64,000 nt of DNA from Candidatus Latescibacterota bacterium (GCA_965226795.1 CBDDDZ010000002.1:544001-608000), one strand, 5' to 3'. Shown: positions 28,876-40,218, counted from the stretch's first letter. Program-made: numbers and translations. Notes: generated from the letters alone by a model not told the origin.

Positions 28876-31128
28876 TTATATTTGGCTGTACCGCTCCCGA
28901 AGCCGCTGCCGTACGATTTCCGCCAGGGTGTTGACGATGAACGTCACTCCTGCAAGTAGCAGACCGGTCAGAAAGAGGACCCGGTAGAGCGTTCCTTCGT
29001 GCGGCGCCTCGGGGATTTCCACGGCAATATTGGCCGACAGGGTGCGCATCCCGTTGAAGATGCTCCAGTCCATAATGGGCGTATTTCCGGTGGCCATCAG
29101 GACAATCATCGTTTCGCCGACCGCCCGTCCGAATCCAATCATTGTCGCCGAAAAAATGCCCGGGCTGGCGGTGGGGAGCACCACGCGAACGGCCGTCTGC
29201 CACGGGGTGGCGCCCAGCGCCAGGGATCCGGCCCTCAGGTGTGACGGTACGCTTGTGAGCGCGTCGTCGCAAATCGTATAGATGATCGGGATCACCGCAA
29301 AACCCATTGCGAAACCCACAACCAGGCAATTCCTCTGGTCGTAGCGGGTGCCGGCGGCATCCGCCAGCCAGCGCTGAAAATTACCGCCCCAGAATGCGCC
29401 TTCCAGCAACGGCCCGAGCGCCAGCGCCAACCAGATACCCAGAAGGGTCACCGCCACGTAGAACGCCTCCGGTCCCGGCAACCGGTTCTTCACGCACCCG
29501 GGCAGACGGGACCAGACCCAGGACGCCGCGATAACCGTCAGGGCCACCGTTGGCAGCAGCAGCAAGACGCCTACCACCTGGCGTTCCAGCAACGGCGCCA
29601 GCCATAGACCGCCCAGAAAGCCTAGAATCACGCTTGGCAGCGATGCCATCAACTCCACCATCGGTTTCACCACATTTCGCACGCGCGGGTGAGCGAACTC
29701 GGACGTATAGATGGCGGCGAGAACCGCCAGCGGAAGAGCGAAAAACATTGCATAAAACGTCCCTTTCGCGGTGCCATACGCTAGAGGAATGATGCTCATC
29801 TTGGGCTCGAATTCGTCGGTTCCGCCGGTGGACTGCCAGACGAACTCAGGTTCGGTGTATCCCTCGTACCACACTTTTCCAAACAGCGTTTTCAGTGTCA
29901 CTTCAGGATGCGGATTGGATAGCGCATAGTGGTTCAAACGACCGTCGGCGTGAAGGCTCAGGAACCCGTCTGCTTTGGGCGCGAACGTCAGATCGGTCAC
30001 CTCCGATCCATCCGCCAGTTCGAAAAACGTCTGGCCGGACGTCATGTGGTGCAACATCAGGTGTCCACCGACGCTGCCGGTCAAAAACTGTTTGTCACGC
30101 GCGGACGGGGCAATCGCGTTCACCGCCGTGCGATGTGGCCGAAAATCGTGGATTTTTTGAAACGTCCCGCGGATATTGCCGCGTGGTCCGCGCACGGGGA
30201 ACCACGTACTTACGTGTCCACGGGCGTCACCCACGACCACCGATACGTCGCCAAGCAGAAACGCAAGGGCTGTAATCGCGTGGTCCGAAGCACGAAAGCG
30301 CTGAACGAGTGATGGAGGTGTCTTGAGGTTGGATATATTCCAGAAATACACCTCTCCACGGTCCGTCCCCGCCAGAAGTTGACGACTGTTCCCTTGAACC
30401 ACCACGGCCGTTGGCCTGCCGTCAACCGCATCGGTCAATTCGTAAACGAATGATTCCTGCTTACCCCCGCCCGGCAGCCCCCTCTTTTTCTGTCTGCCCG
30501 CCACCAGTAGCCGGCCGGACGCCGTGATCCCCGCCGCAGTGGAGCGCCGCACCCCGTCCGCACCATATGAGACCTGAGCGATGGGTTCGCCTCTCCGGTC
30601 CAGCGCTATGTTATCCAGAACCTGAAACTCGGGTGTGACCCTGCGCTTACCATCCGGATAATCCACCCGATAATTCACCTTCGCCAGAGCAATGCGGCCA
30701 TCCGACATTCCCAGACCCAGGTGCCCGTCCGTAAGCGAAGGATGGACCGATACGACGTGCCGGCCCCGAAATTCGTCGCCACGTTCCCGGCGAATCGTTT
30801 CTCCATTGATCAATCGGATAAAATCGATTCCTTCCGGTCGCACGACGTATCCGACATCGCGGTACGGATCGGTGCCCGCCGCAAGCGCCCGCTGGCCGTC
30901 GCTACCCTGCAGCGTGTGGCTATTTACAATCGTCGCCGGCGCCGGAGACAGGAACAGGGGAAAGGATTCACGAAGCACAAAAGCCAGAATGCCCAGTACC
31001 ACCAGGATCACCCCCACACCGCCCACGGCGATCACCCAACGGCCCAGACGGTCCATAGTGCGTGCCGTGGGCGTGATGCCGGGAAGCGACCGGGGTTTTC
31101 CTGGATCGGTATTCTTCGGTTGCGCCAT
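28876..31128 (-). CDS. pstC: Phosphate ABC permease PstC with beta-propeller-like extracytoplasmic domain
   Basis: KVWYEGY..P.FVWQS, VELMASLPSVILGF and GRAVGETMIVLMATGN. Confidence 0.93.
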   Translation of the reverse strand: MAQPKNTDPGKPRSLPGITPTARTMDRLGRWVIAVGGVGVILVVLGILAFVLRESFPLFLSPAPATIVNSHTLQGSDGQRALAAGTDPYRDVGYVVRPEGIDFIRLINGETIRRERGDEFRGRHVVSVHPSLTDGHLGLGMSDGRIALAKVNYRVDYPDGKRRVTPEFQVLDNIALDRRGEPIAQVSYGADGVRRSTAAGITASGRLLVAGRQKKRGLPGGGKQESFVYELTDAVDGRPTAVVVQGNSRQLLAGTDRGEVYFWNISNLKTPPSLVQRFRASDHAITALAFLLGDVSVVVGDARGHVSTWFPVRGPRGNIRGTFQKIHDFRPHRTAVNAIAPSARDKQFLTGSVGGHLMLHHMTSGQTFFELADGSEVTDLTFAPKADGFLSLHADGRLNHYALSNPHPEVTLKTLFGKVWYEGYTEPEFVWQSTGGTDEFEPKMSIIPLAYGTAKGTFYAMFFALPLAVLAAIYTSEFAHPRVRNVVKPMVELMASLPSVILGFLGGLWLAPLLERQVVGVLLLLPTVALTVIAASWVWSRLPGCVKNRLPGPEAFYVAVTLLGIWLALALGPLLEGAFWGGNFQRWLADAAGTRYDQRNCLVVGFAMGFAVIPIIYTICDDALTSVPSHLRAGSLALGATPWQTAVRVVLPTASPGIFSATMIGFGRAVGETMIVLMATGNTPIMDWSIFNGMRTLSANIAVEIPEAPHEGTLYRVLFLTGLLLAGVTFIVNTLAEIVRQRLRERYSQI

Positions 31129-31181
31129 AGCCAAACCTTGCAGTTTCTCCCGCCGGACCGGGGAAGGGGTTCTCCTGCAGA

Positions 31182-32159
31182 CTAAATTCCCGCTGCTGCC
31201 AGCTTCGCCAGTTCTTCTTCAACGACTTCGTAGGGCACAGGCATATATCCATCCTTGATGACGATTTCCTGACCCTTTTTCGAGAAAATATACTTGCAGA
31301 ATTCGCGCACCATCGGGTCAAGGGGCTTACCCGGGGTTTTGTTGATGTAGATGAACAAAAAACGGCCCAGCGGATAGGAGCCGTCAAGTACATTATCCAT
31401 GCTGGCGTCTCTGAACCCTTCCTCCGGATTCTCCGCAAGCGGCACCACCCGCACGTCAGACGTCTTATATCCGATTCCACTGTATCCGATTCCGTATCGG
31501 TCTTCCGCCACACCCTGTACAACCGAAGCCGACCCCGGCTGTTCCTTCACTTCATCTTTGAAATCGCCCTTGAACAGCGCGTTTTTCTTGAAAAAGCCAT
31601 AGGTTCCTGAGGCCGAGTTTCGACCGTACAGACTGATTAACGCCGTTGCCGCCCCGCCCGTCCATCCCACCTGGCTCCACCGGACGATATTTTCAGGAAA
31701 TTCACCACGGCGGGTTTTGGAAAAAATCGCATCCACCTGTTCCAGCGTCAAGCCTCTTACAGGATTGTCTTTATTCACGAAAACCGCCAGCGCATCGAGA
31801 GCCGTTCTCAGCGGCGTGGGCGGGTACCCGAACGCGTTCTCGAACTTGTCAACCTCCGTTGCCTTCATTGAACGGGACATCGGACCGAACCGGGCCGTGC
31901 CTTTGATCAGCGCCGGAGGCGCCGTGCTGGACCCCTTTCCTTCGATCTGCACGTTTACGTTCGGGTAGTATTTGCGAAAACCCTCCAGCCACAGCGCCAT
32001 CAGGTTGTTCATCGTATCCGACCCGATGCTGCTGGCGCTTCCTGAAATCCCCCGCGCCGCTTTGTAGGCCGGAATACGAGGGTCGACCTCAATCGTCTGC
32101 GACCGAACGGGAACCGCGGTCAGCAGGAGCAACATTACACCGGCAACTGTTCGAATCAT
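31182..32159 (-). CDS. pstS: Phosphate-binding protein PstS
   Basis: RBS GGAGG, signal peptide, GSDTM, GKGSSTAPPAL and GRNSASGTY. Confidence 0.95.
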   Translation of the reverse strand: MIRTVAGVMLLLLTAVPVRSQTIEVDPRIPAYKAARGISGSASSIGSDTMNNLMALWLEGFRKYYPNVNVQIEGKGSSTAPPALIKGTARFGPMSRSMKATEVDKFENAFGYPPTPLRTALDALAVFVNKDNPVRGLTLEQVDAIFSKTRRGEFPENIVRWSQVGWTGGAATALISLYGRNSASGTYGFFKKNALFKGDFKDEVKEQPGSASVVQGVAEDRYGIGYSGIGYKTSDVRVVPLAENPEEGFRDASMDNVLDGSYPLGRFLFIYINKTPGKPLDPMVREFCKYIFSKKGQEIVIKDGYMPVPYEVVEEELAKLAAAGI

Positions 32160-32336
32160 CCGTCTACACCTCCCGATTTTCAGGGTGATTGTCTGAAGGA
32201 ATTCAGAGATCAATGTAAACCGCCAAGGTTACGTTTGTGTGCCAACAGGAGAGGGAGTCGAAATTTCGCCGGGCGGGCGATCCCGGGACCGACTATGGCG
32301 CGAGGGCTCCAGGCGTGGCAGCGGCCTCGACTCCAA

Positions 32337-33311
32337 CTAGAACTTGAAGTGCACCGTCATCCGCGGGACCACCTCGGTATCTGCATTCGAGGAAGCGTAA
32401 ATCGTCGCCATTACATTGGGCATGATGTGAATGTTTCCGGCAGGCGTCACATCGATTCCGCCGATAATCATATACTCCTCGTCCCGTACTGTGCTCTGGC
32501 CGGGATCGTAATAATCCAGGCGTGCAAATGCCTTGACCCGGGGTCTTACGGTTGCGGTGCCAGAAGCCGACATGCCCAGCACCTGTGCGTCGCCGTCGGC
32601 TTCCCCCTTCTTGTTTTTTCGAACAAACGCCTCAATGCCGCCACGGAAATTCTCGCCCGACGTACCGAGCATCCCCGCGAAGGTGACACGATTTCTGCCT
32701 TCGGGCTTGCCTTCCCAGTCGAGGTAGACCGTGGCTTCGATGGCGCCCGCAGGTTTCACGTGCAAAAGTGAGTACACCTTTTTTCCGTTATCGGCTTCCG
32801 GGCGCTGCCCGTTTCCGTTGCCGAACATCAGTTGGGCGTTCACCCTGCCCTCACCATCCAGCATACCGTTGAAACCTACCCCGAGATCTGCCGAAGAACC
32901 AATCTTGTGCAAATCCATAATTGTCTTTCCAATCGATCGGTATCCCCATATCCGCTCGGACACATTCCAGGTGGGTGTGCCGAAGAGCCCCATGTACACG
33001 GTTCGACCGTTCGATCGGTAACGCAAATAGCCGTGCTTCACGAACGGCCTCATCTTGTCTTCGGCGCCAAATCCCGAGTCGTTGGCTTCGTATCGCACCC
33101 GTCCGGACCAGCGGTCATTCCATTTCAGGTCGTACGTCAGATATATCCGCCGGAATTTGAAACCGTTTTCATTTTTGTTCGCTCCGGTAGTGACGAAATA
33201 ATAGTCGCCGAAAGCAACCCCCGTAATCTTGCCTTCCGCGCCTTCGGCGGGGCCGAAAAGGCCAAAGCTCAACACGGCGACGCTTCCCCGGATCGTGTAC
33301 TTAAACAGCAT
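32337..33311 (-). CDS. Outer-membrane porin-like protein (probably phosphate-selective)
   Basis: Signal peptide, GFKFRRIYLTYD, amphipathic strands and terminal HFKF; heads the pst operon. Confidence 0.7.
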   Translation of the reverse strand: MLFKYTIRGSVAVLSFGLFGPAEGAEGKITGVAFGDYYFVTTGANKNENGFKFRRIYLTYDLKWNDRWSGRVRYEANDSGFGAEDKMRPFVKHGYLRYRSNGRTVYMGLFGTPTWNVSERIWGYRSIGKTIMDLHKIGSSADLGVGFNGMLDGEGRVNAQLMFGNGNGQRPEADNGKKVYSLLHVKPAGAIEATVYLDWEGKPEGRNRVTFAGMLGTSGENFRGGIEAFVRKNKKGEADGDAQVLGMSASGTATVRPRVKAFARLDYYDPGQSTVRDEEYMIIGGIDVTPAGNIHIMPNVMATIYASSNADTEVVPRMTVHFKF

Positions 33312-33503
33312 TGCTCCTCCCCATAGTGGCGGTTAATTCACCACCTGGACTCCACTCCCGGCGGCCGCGGCGGTTCACCGATTTTATGTACCGGGGTGGC
33401 GGTTCGACCGGGAAGTAAAACGCTGAGGTTCAACTTCAAGCGCAGACCCGAGGTCTCCCGGACTTACCGCTACATATCATGACCCATAAGAATAGTTCAA
33501 TAT

Positions 33504-33530
33504 GTTCCGTTTCCGTTACGAATAGGTTAC
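33504..33530 (-). promoter_or_regulatory. Pho-box-like array for the porin-pst operon
   Basis: GTTCC, GTTAC and GTTAC at 33504, 33515 and 33526 (11-bp period; GTAAC on the minus strand). Confidence 0.7.
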
Positions 33531-33600
33531 GATACCTGCCTTTAGTATCCTGATCCCGGAATTATGTCACCGTTCTTCCCAGTGCGACGTCGGCAAAAAT

Positions 33601-33638
33601 GTAATAGAATCGTAACCGTTCCGTAACCCGGCCTTAAC
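33601..33638 (+). promoter_or_regulatory. Pho-box-like array for the rightward TonB operon
   Basis: GTAAT, GTAAC, GTAAC and TTAAC at 33601, 33612, 33623 and 33634 (11-bp period). Confidence 0.7.
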
Positions 33639-33712
33639 ATCCGACTCGTTACTTTGGCGCCGTGCAATGGCAGCGGAGCCGGCGCTGAAAACAGCGACCC
33701 GACTTCGGCAAT

Positions 33713-35957
33713 ATGACCAACCTGGACGGAAGGTTCAGTCTCAGCCTGCCCGTGGGAACGCACAGCATCGAGATTTCATACGTATCCTACGCCTCGAAAA
33801 CGGTAACCGGTGTCGAGGTCCGCGCCGATCAGCCGTTTCAGCTAAGTGAAGCCCTTACGCCCGAAGCGATCGAAGTAGAAGCGATTACGGTGACGGCCAG
33901 GCCGGAGCGGTCCAGCGAAGTCTCAATGCTGGTCATCCAGCAGAAGGCCGGTGTTGTCACGGACGGCATCAGTTCGGAACTTGATGAGCAAGGCCTCCTC
34001 CTCCGACGCCGGAGATGCGCTTAAGCGTGTCACGGGCATCACGGTGGTCGGAGGGCGATACGTTTACGTGCGCGGCCTGGGTGAACGTTACAGCAATACG
34101 CAGGTCAACGGGGCGCAGATGCCCAGCCCCGAGCCGAACCGCCGCGTCGTTCCTATGGATATTTTCCCGGCCGGACTCCTGGAAAACATCCAGGTGGCCA
34201 AGACCTTCTCTCCCGACCAGCACGGCGATTTTTCCGGGGGATCGGTCCGGATCAGAACCAAGGATTTCCCGGACCAGTTGACGCTTTCGCTTTCGGCCTC
34301 CACCAGCTTCCATTCCCAAACCAGCTTTGAAGATATACAGACCTACCCAGGCGGATCCTGGGATTTCATCGGCATCGACGACGGCGGGCGCAACCTGCCC
34401 GATCTGGTTCAAACCCAGGCCGCCGAGCAACCGGTCCGCAAACGCGGGCGTTTTTCCACGACGGGGTTTACGAGTGACGAGATCCAGACCCTCGGTCGTG
34501 CTTTCACCAATGTCTGGTCGCCCGAGACCCGGACGGCACCGCTCAACCAGAGCTACGGCTTCAGCGTGGGGAATGCCGTTTCTTCCGAAAACCGGGAACT
34601 GCGTTTCGTCCTGTCCCTCATTTATGATAATAGCTTCAAGAACCGGAGCCAGGAATGGAATAGCTACCGCCTCACGGCCAAAGACGGTCAGGAATTCCTC
34701 TCCCCGTTTACCAGTTACACGGTCAGCGGCACCACGAACAATGTCCTGTGGGGCGCCCTTTTTAACAGCAGCTTCCGATTCTCGCCGCTTCACAAGATAA
34801 GCCTGAAGACCCTCTATAATCGTAACACCGATGACGAGGCCCGCGGCTATACCGGGTTCAATTCCGACCGCGGCACCGACCTTCGCAACTTCAGGCTTCG
34901 CTATGTGCAGCGCAGCGTTTTTACCGGGCAGCTTGGAGGCGAACACCACATCGACCCCCTCTTCAGATCCAACCTGAACTGGCAGGTCGGCTTTGCCGAA
35001 GCAACGAGAGGCGAACCCGACAACCGCGAAGTCGTCTACGAAATGCGTAATCAGGTGTGGACCTTTTTCGACATTACCCAGAGCGGCAGCCGTTTTTATT
35101 TCGATCTCGCCGATACGGAATGGAGCGGCAAGCTCGACTGGACCGCCCCGTTCACCTCGCCGGCCGGCCTTCCCGAAAAGTTCAAGGTGGGCGGCCTCTG
35201 GCGAAAAAAAGACCGCAGTTTCGACGCCCGCCGGTTCCGCTTGTAAACAGTCCAGCGGCATCCAGCGGCACGTGGATCTTACCGCTGACCCCGAAGCTAT
35301 TTTCGCAGAGGGAAATATCGCTCCCGGGCGGTTTGAGCTGCGGGAAACAACCCGGTCTAACGACAACTACTCGGCAAAACAGGATCTCTGTGGCGGGCTA
35401 CATGATGGTGGACATGCCCGTATCCGCGGCCTGGAGGCTGGTGACCGTTTTGAGGGTCGAATCCTCCAGGCAGGAACTGAGATCTTTCGATCCGTTTGCC
35501 CTCAATTCCGTGCCAATTGTCGTTGTGCTGGACAATACCGACTTCCTGCCGGGCGTGAATCTGGTTCGCCGCCTTTCCGACCGGTCCAATCTGCGGGCGG
35601 CCTACTCCCGAACCCTGGCACGGCCCGATTTCCGGGAACTGGCCCCGTTCGAATTCACCGACTTCGTGGGCGGCAGGGCGGTTGTGGGCGACACCTTACT
35701 GACCCGTACCGTGGTGGACAACTTCGATCTCCGCTGGGAAATCTTCCCCAGGCTGGGCGAGTTGGCGGCTTTCAGCGTTTTCTACTAGAAATTCCACGAC
35801 CCCATCGAGCAGATCATCCAACCCACCGCCCAGCTCCGCGTCAGTTTCGCAAATGCCGCTTCGGCCAACAACTACGGCGTCGAATTCGAGTACCGCCGCA
35901 GACTCGACGCCCTCGTGCCGGACCTGGAGAAATTTTCGGTGAGCGCCAATGTCACAC
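33713..35957 (+). pseudogene. TonB-dependent receptor pseudogene
   Basis: ALKRVTGITV, YVRGLGERY, YSRTLARPDFRELAPF and NFDLRWE. No signal peptide, frameshifts near 33980, 35243 and 35395, an in-frame TAG at 35786 and a missing 3' end. Confidence 0.88.
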
Positions 35958-37422
35958 TACGTTTGGCACTCTTCATCGTCCTGGCGCTCGGCCTTCCCGC
36001 CATGATTCAGGCGCAAACCGTCTCGAATGCCCGCGTCGATTTCGACGGCGACGGGACAATCGGATTCGGCGACTTCATCCTGTTCGGACAGAATTTCCAG
36101 TCGGACCATCCGATGTTCGACCTGAGCGGCAATGGCACGGTGGATTTTCCGGACTTTGTCGCATTCGCGAGCGTCTTTGGCCAGACGGTCGTGCAGGTTG
36201 AAGCCCCCAGGATGTCTTGGGCAACATCACGTCAGACGACGTATGGACGTCGGATCGAGACGATCTTCTCTCGGGTCCGGTCTTTGTGCAGGACGGCGCT
36301 ACACTGATCGTTATACCCGGCACAACGATCAGTGGCGAAGGGGCGTCGCAGGGCACGCTGATTATCGCACAGGGCGGGAAGCTCATCGCCGACGGAATCC
36401 CTCGAAACCCGATCGTGTTCACCAGCGATCAATTTGAGGGGGAACGCGACCGTGGCGACTGGGGCGGTCTGATCGTCAATAGCCGCGCCCCGATCAACAC
36501 GGGCACAACGGCTTTCGGTGAGGGCGACACGGGCGAGTATGGCGGCACGGATCCGGAGGACAACAGCGGCATTCTGTGCTACGTGCGCGTGGAGTTCGCG
36601 GGTATCGAGTTTTCGCCGGACAACGAATTGAACGGCATCGCCTTCCAGGGTGTAGGCTCGGGCACGGTGGTGGATTACGTACAGGTGCATTTCAACCAGG
36701 ACGACGGCATCGAGTTTTTCGGCGGCACGGTAAACGCGAAGCACCTGTATTGCACGGGGATCCGTGACGACTCGTTCGACCGGACGGACGGCTGGGTGGG
36801 GAAAGGTCAGTTCTGGGTGGGGCAGCAGTGCGGCGACGCCGCGGACAACGGGTTCGAGTCCGAGACAACAACGAAGCGACGCCGCGGTCGAATCCGACGA
36901 TCTACAACGTGACGCTGGTGGGGGACCCGGACGGGCCGAAGAGCGACACGGGGTTGGTGCTGCGTGAGGGCACGGCGGCGACGCTGAGGAACTTCATTGT
37001 GATGGGCTTCAACGCGAGCGGTCTGGACATCGATACGGAGTCGTCCATCACGCTGGCGAACAACGGGGACTTGTCGGTACAGAACTCGATTTTCTTCAAT
37101 AACGCCGCCGTCGACGATCAGGGCGTACGCACGTTGAGCAACTTCAGCGGTGACGGCGACGGGATCGACGAGGGTTCGTGGGCGACGACGTCGGGCTTCA
37201 ACAACTCGGAGTCGGACCCGGATCTGCGCGCACCGTATAGTCTGCGTTCGCCGAGTTACCAGCCATCGTCCTCGTCGCCAGCGGTGGACGGAACGGTGCC
37301 GGTCGCGAGCCCGCCTTCGGACGGGTTCTGTCGACGCGGTGGACTTCATCGGCGCGATGAGCGCGGACGACGACTGGCTGGCGGGGTGGATCACCACGGA
37401 GCAGCCCGCCGCGGCTCCATAG
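35957..37422 (+). pseudogene. Secreted protein (EF-hand/dockerin-like tag plus beta-helix-like domain) pseudogene
   Basis: Signal-peptide remnant LALFIVLALGLPAMIQA, DFDGDGTIGFGDF, NPIVFTS, GDWGGLI, DNSG, YVRVEFAG and DDGIEFFGGTVN; frameshifts near 36210, 36865 and 37330. Confidence 0.8.
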
Positions 37423-37627
37423 ACACATTCCCGGAAACGGAGGAATAGAAGGGGAGGAAACCTCGCTCCCCTCCCCCTTAGAAACCGGACAGGCTCGCAC
37501 GGAGCGTGACCGCTTCATCGCCTGTTCGGTCTTCCTTGTTTTTTATACCGATTCAACGTATTATTATTGGGTGGACACAATGCTTTTTTTAAAAGCAGAA
37601 AGACACAGCCGTCGCAACTTGAACTTG

Positions 37628-38007
37628 ATGAAGATGCACATATTGTCCGGCGCGCTTGCCATCCTGCTGGCGGCGGGATGCGCCAAGGAAATTGGGGAGG
37701 CGGACTCGCCGGAGAGGCTGGCGCGTGCCGTCGTAGTCGCCCTCAACAAAGAAGACCGCGAGGCCCTTCACAGCCTGCGAGTCCAGAAGGAAGAGTACCT
37801 GAGAAGCATCCTTCCGGCGTTTCCGCCCATCGGTTTCTCGCCGGTATTCGATTTGAGAAGCCGGAGGAAACCTATAAGGGTCTGAAACTCCTTCGCGGGA
37901 CCGTCTTAACTGTGCAGACCAGAAAAGGCGAGCAAGTGGACCTGCGTATCCTCGGATCGGTAGTCCTCAGAGACGGCCGCCACAAGCTCCTGAGCTATGA
38001 CGACTGA
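37628..38007 (+). pseudogene. Frameshifted lipoprotein
   Basis: Lipobox LLAAGC in one frame; a plausible C-terminus (GIRFEKPEETY...KLLSYDD) in another frame, switching near 37830. Confidence 0.6.
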
Positions 38008-38668
38008 ACGAAATGTCCGAAGCGAAGCGCGAAACAGGCTGATGTCTCTGGGCATCGGCCTTCTGTTTATCGGGCCTGTACTCCCGCTCCAGGCAGCGGA
38101 ACTTTCGTCCGTTCCGAGCATGGATGAAATCCGTTCGCTTCCGGTTTCGCTGACGCCGCTCGAACGCGAGCTTCTTGCGGACGTCGGCGACGGCCGCCTG
38201 GACCGGTTCGATCTGATCGCGTCCGGCGCTACCGAACCCGTTCTCCTGTCCCGGTACAAGAGAAGCTTCCGACATCTCCAGCAGCACGCCCTGCTCTCCA
38301 TTCCCTATCTCATGCAGACTGAACAGATGGCCGCCGAACTGTTTCACTATCTCCACCGTTACGTACTCCGTCAATTCGAAACCCGTCCGGTCACCGTGAT
38401 CAACCTCTGGACGGATGGACGGTATAACTGCATCGCCGCCTCGCGGCTGTACGTCGCATTCCGAAACGCCCTCGGGGCCCAGCTTACACATTCGGAAGAC
38501 AAACAATACCAACAGCTTACGCTCGACTTGGGTTTGGCCTATGCGACCTTTCTCCGTCAACGGGGCGACCGCGCCGGCGAAAGCGGAATCATCGCCTATC
38601 TTCGCGGATTGAAAAAAAATGTCCGCGGCGCATATCCCCGGCGGACTCTGACGGAAGTCATCCGATGA
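37997..38668 (+). CDS. Hypothetical secreted protein
   Basis: Signal-peptide-like N-terminus; ATGA overlap with the CHAD gene. Confidence 0.55.
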   Translation: MTTERNVRSEARNRLMSLGIGLLFIGPVLPLQAAELSSVPSMDEIRSLPVSLTPLERELLADVGDGRLDRFDLIASGATEPVLLSRYKRSFRHLQQHALLSIPYLMQTEQMAAELFHYLHRYVLRQFETRPVTVINLWTDGRYNCIAASRLYVAFRNALGAQLTHSEDKQYQQLTLDLGLAYATFLRQRGDRAGESGIIAYLRGLKKNVRGAYPRRTLTEVIR

Positions 38669-40200
38669 AAAACAAAGTATGTGCGCTGCGCCTGCCGGCA
38701 TCGATTGATTCGCACAGGGTATGGGAGGAGGCCGCCCGTTCCCATGCCAGCGAACCGATAGAGGATACAGAGCAGGTCCAGACCTTCCTCGATACCTTCG
38801 ACTGGCGCCTTTTCAACAGGAACATGGCTCTGCTGAAAGAAAAGGATCGCTACCTCCTCTACAGCCTGCCAAACCGTGAAACCGTCGCATCGCTCAGCCT
38901 GCCGCGTGGAACCGAACCGGTATTCAGCGCGGATTTTCCCGAGGGGCCATTCAAGAAGACCCTGCAAGCACATTTGAGCGTACGGGCGCTGTTACCGCGC
39001 GCGCGCGCCAGGACCCGCCGGCAGACCATGCGCGTCCTCAACAGGAATGAAAAGACCGTCCTCATCGCAACGCTTGAACAGGCCAGGGTGACGGACACCG
39101 CGCGTACCGAACAACCGTTCAACACGCTCTTGTTGCGGCCGATCCGGGGATATGAGAAACATCTGCGCAGACTGAACCGGTCCCTGCGAGAAGCCGGGGC
39201 CGAACCCCAAACCGAAGACCTGTTCCACGCCGCAGTGCGGGCGACCGGCAGGAGACCGGGAGACTATACTTCAAGACTCAATATCGCGCTTGAACCGGAT
39301 CTGACGGGCGCAGAGGCTGCGAGGCGGATTCTGGGGCTTCTGTTCCGAACCATCAGATGCAATGAAGCAGGGATAAAAGAGGACATCGATACGGAGTTTC
39401 TGCACGATTTCAGGGTGGGTATCCGGCGCACCCGGTCGGCGCTCGGTCAGATCAAATCCGTTTTTCCCGAAGCCCGTGTTGCCCGCTTCCGGAATGACTT
39501 TTCCTTTCTCGGCAAACTCACCAACCGCCTGCGAGACCTGGACGTCGCCTTGCTCAGGCAGGACGCGTACCGCCTTCTCCTGCCGGGATATCTGCGGCCT
39601 CGACTGGACTCTCTCTTTGAATCCCTGCGGGCCGAACGTACGGGTGAACACCAACGCCTATCCGCCGCCCTGGACGGCGACAGGTACTTGAAAATAGCCA
39701 CCGACTGGGAGGCGTTTCTGGAATGCCCGCCGGAGTCCGGATCGCCCGACAACGTCGATGTGCCGGCGACGGGGCTGGCGCAGAGGTTTATTGGAAAGAG
39801 ATACGGTCGCGTGATCGCAATGGGAACCGCAATCGATGAGGCAACGCCCGACGCCGACCTGCATCGGCTTCGGATTGAGTGCAAGAAACTACGCTACCTC
39901 CTCGAGTTTTTTTCGTCGCTTTTTCCCGTGGAAGAGATCCGGCTGATTGTCGAGCACCTGAAGAGCCTGCAAGACAACCTGGGCGACTTCAACGACCTCT
40001 CCGTTCAACAGGCAGACCTGAAGACGTACCTGGAAGCGTTACCGGCCGAGAGGGCTCAACCGGAAACCTTTGCCGCTATCGGCGGGCTGATCGGCTGCCT
40101 TTGCCGTGAGCAGCAGACCGTCCGTGCGGCCTTTTCAAAGACGTTTGCGCAATTCAACCGGGCGGAGGTCGCCGCGACGTTCCGACGTCTGTTCGTCTGA
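38665..40200 (+). CDS. CHAD-domain polyphosphate-binding protein with N-terminal CYTH-like region
   Basis: EFLHDFRVGIRRTRS, LRDLDV, LHRLRIECKKLRY and LQDNLGDFND. Confidence 0.9.
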   Translation: MKNKVCALRLPASIDSHRVWEEAARSHASEPIEDTEQVQTFLDTFDWRLFNRNMALLKEKDRYLLYSLPNRETVASLSLPRGTEPVFSADFPEGPFKKTLQAHLSVRALLPRARARTRRQTMRVLNRNEKTVLIATLEQARVTDTARTEQPFNTLLLRPIRGYEKHLRRLNRSLREAGAEPQTEDLFHAAVRATGRRPGDYTSRLNIALEPDLTGAEAARRILGLLFRTIRCNEAGIKEDIDTEFLHDFRVGIRRTRSALGQIKSVFPEARVARFRNDFSFLGKLTNRLRDLDVALLRQDAYRLLLPGYLRPRLDSLFESLRAERTGEHQRLSAALDGDRYLKIATDWEAFLECPPESGSPDNVDVPATGLAQRFIGKRYGRVIAMGTAIDEATPDADLHRLRIECKKLRYLLEFFSSLFPVEEIRLIVEHLKSLQDNLGDFNDLSVQQADLKTYLEALPAERAQPETFAAIGGLIGCLCREQQTVRAAFSKTFAQFNRAEVAATFRRLFV

Positions 40201-40218
40201 CCATTTAGAGCGCATTCT

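Noticed and set aside
28876..31128. Long PstC and PstA as novel fusions
   Set aside because: Extended PstC/PstA forms are known from many diderm bacteria.
33325..33405. Three GGCGGTT motifs upstream of the porin
   Set aside because: They are short, irregularly spaced and in GC-rich DNA, so not distinguishable from chance.
35786..35788. TAG recoding or an alternative genetic code (also 6482)
   Set aside because: Both TAGs lie in genes with other lesions, and TAG ends normal genes here (pstS, pstA, pstB).
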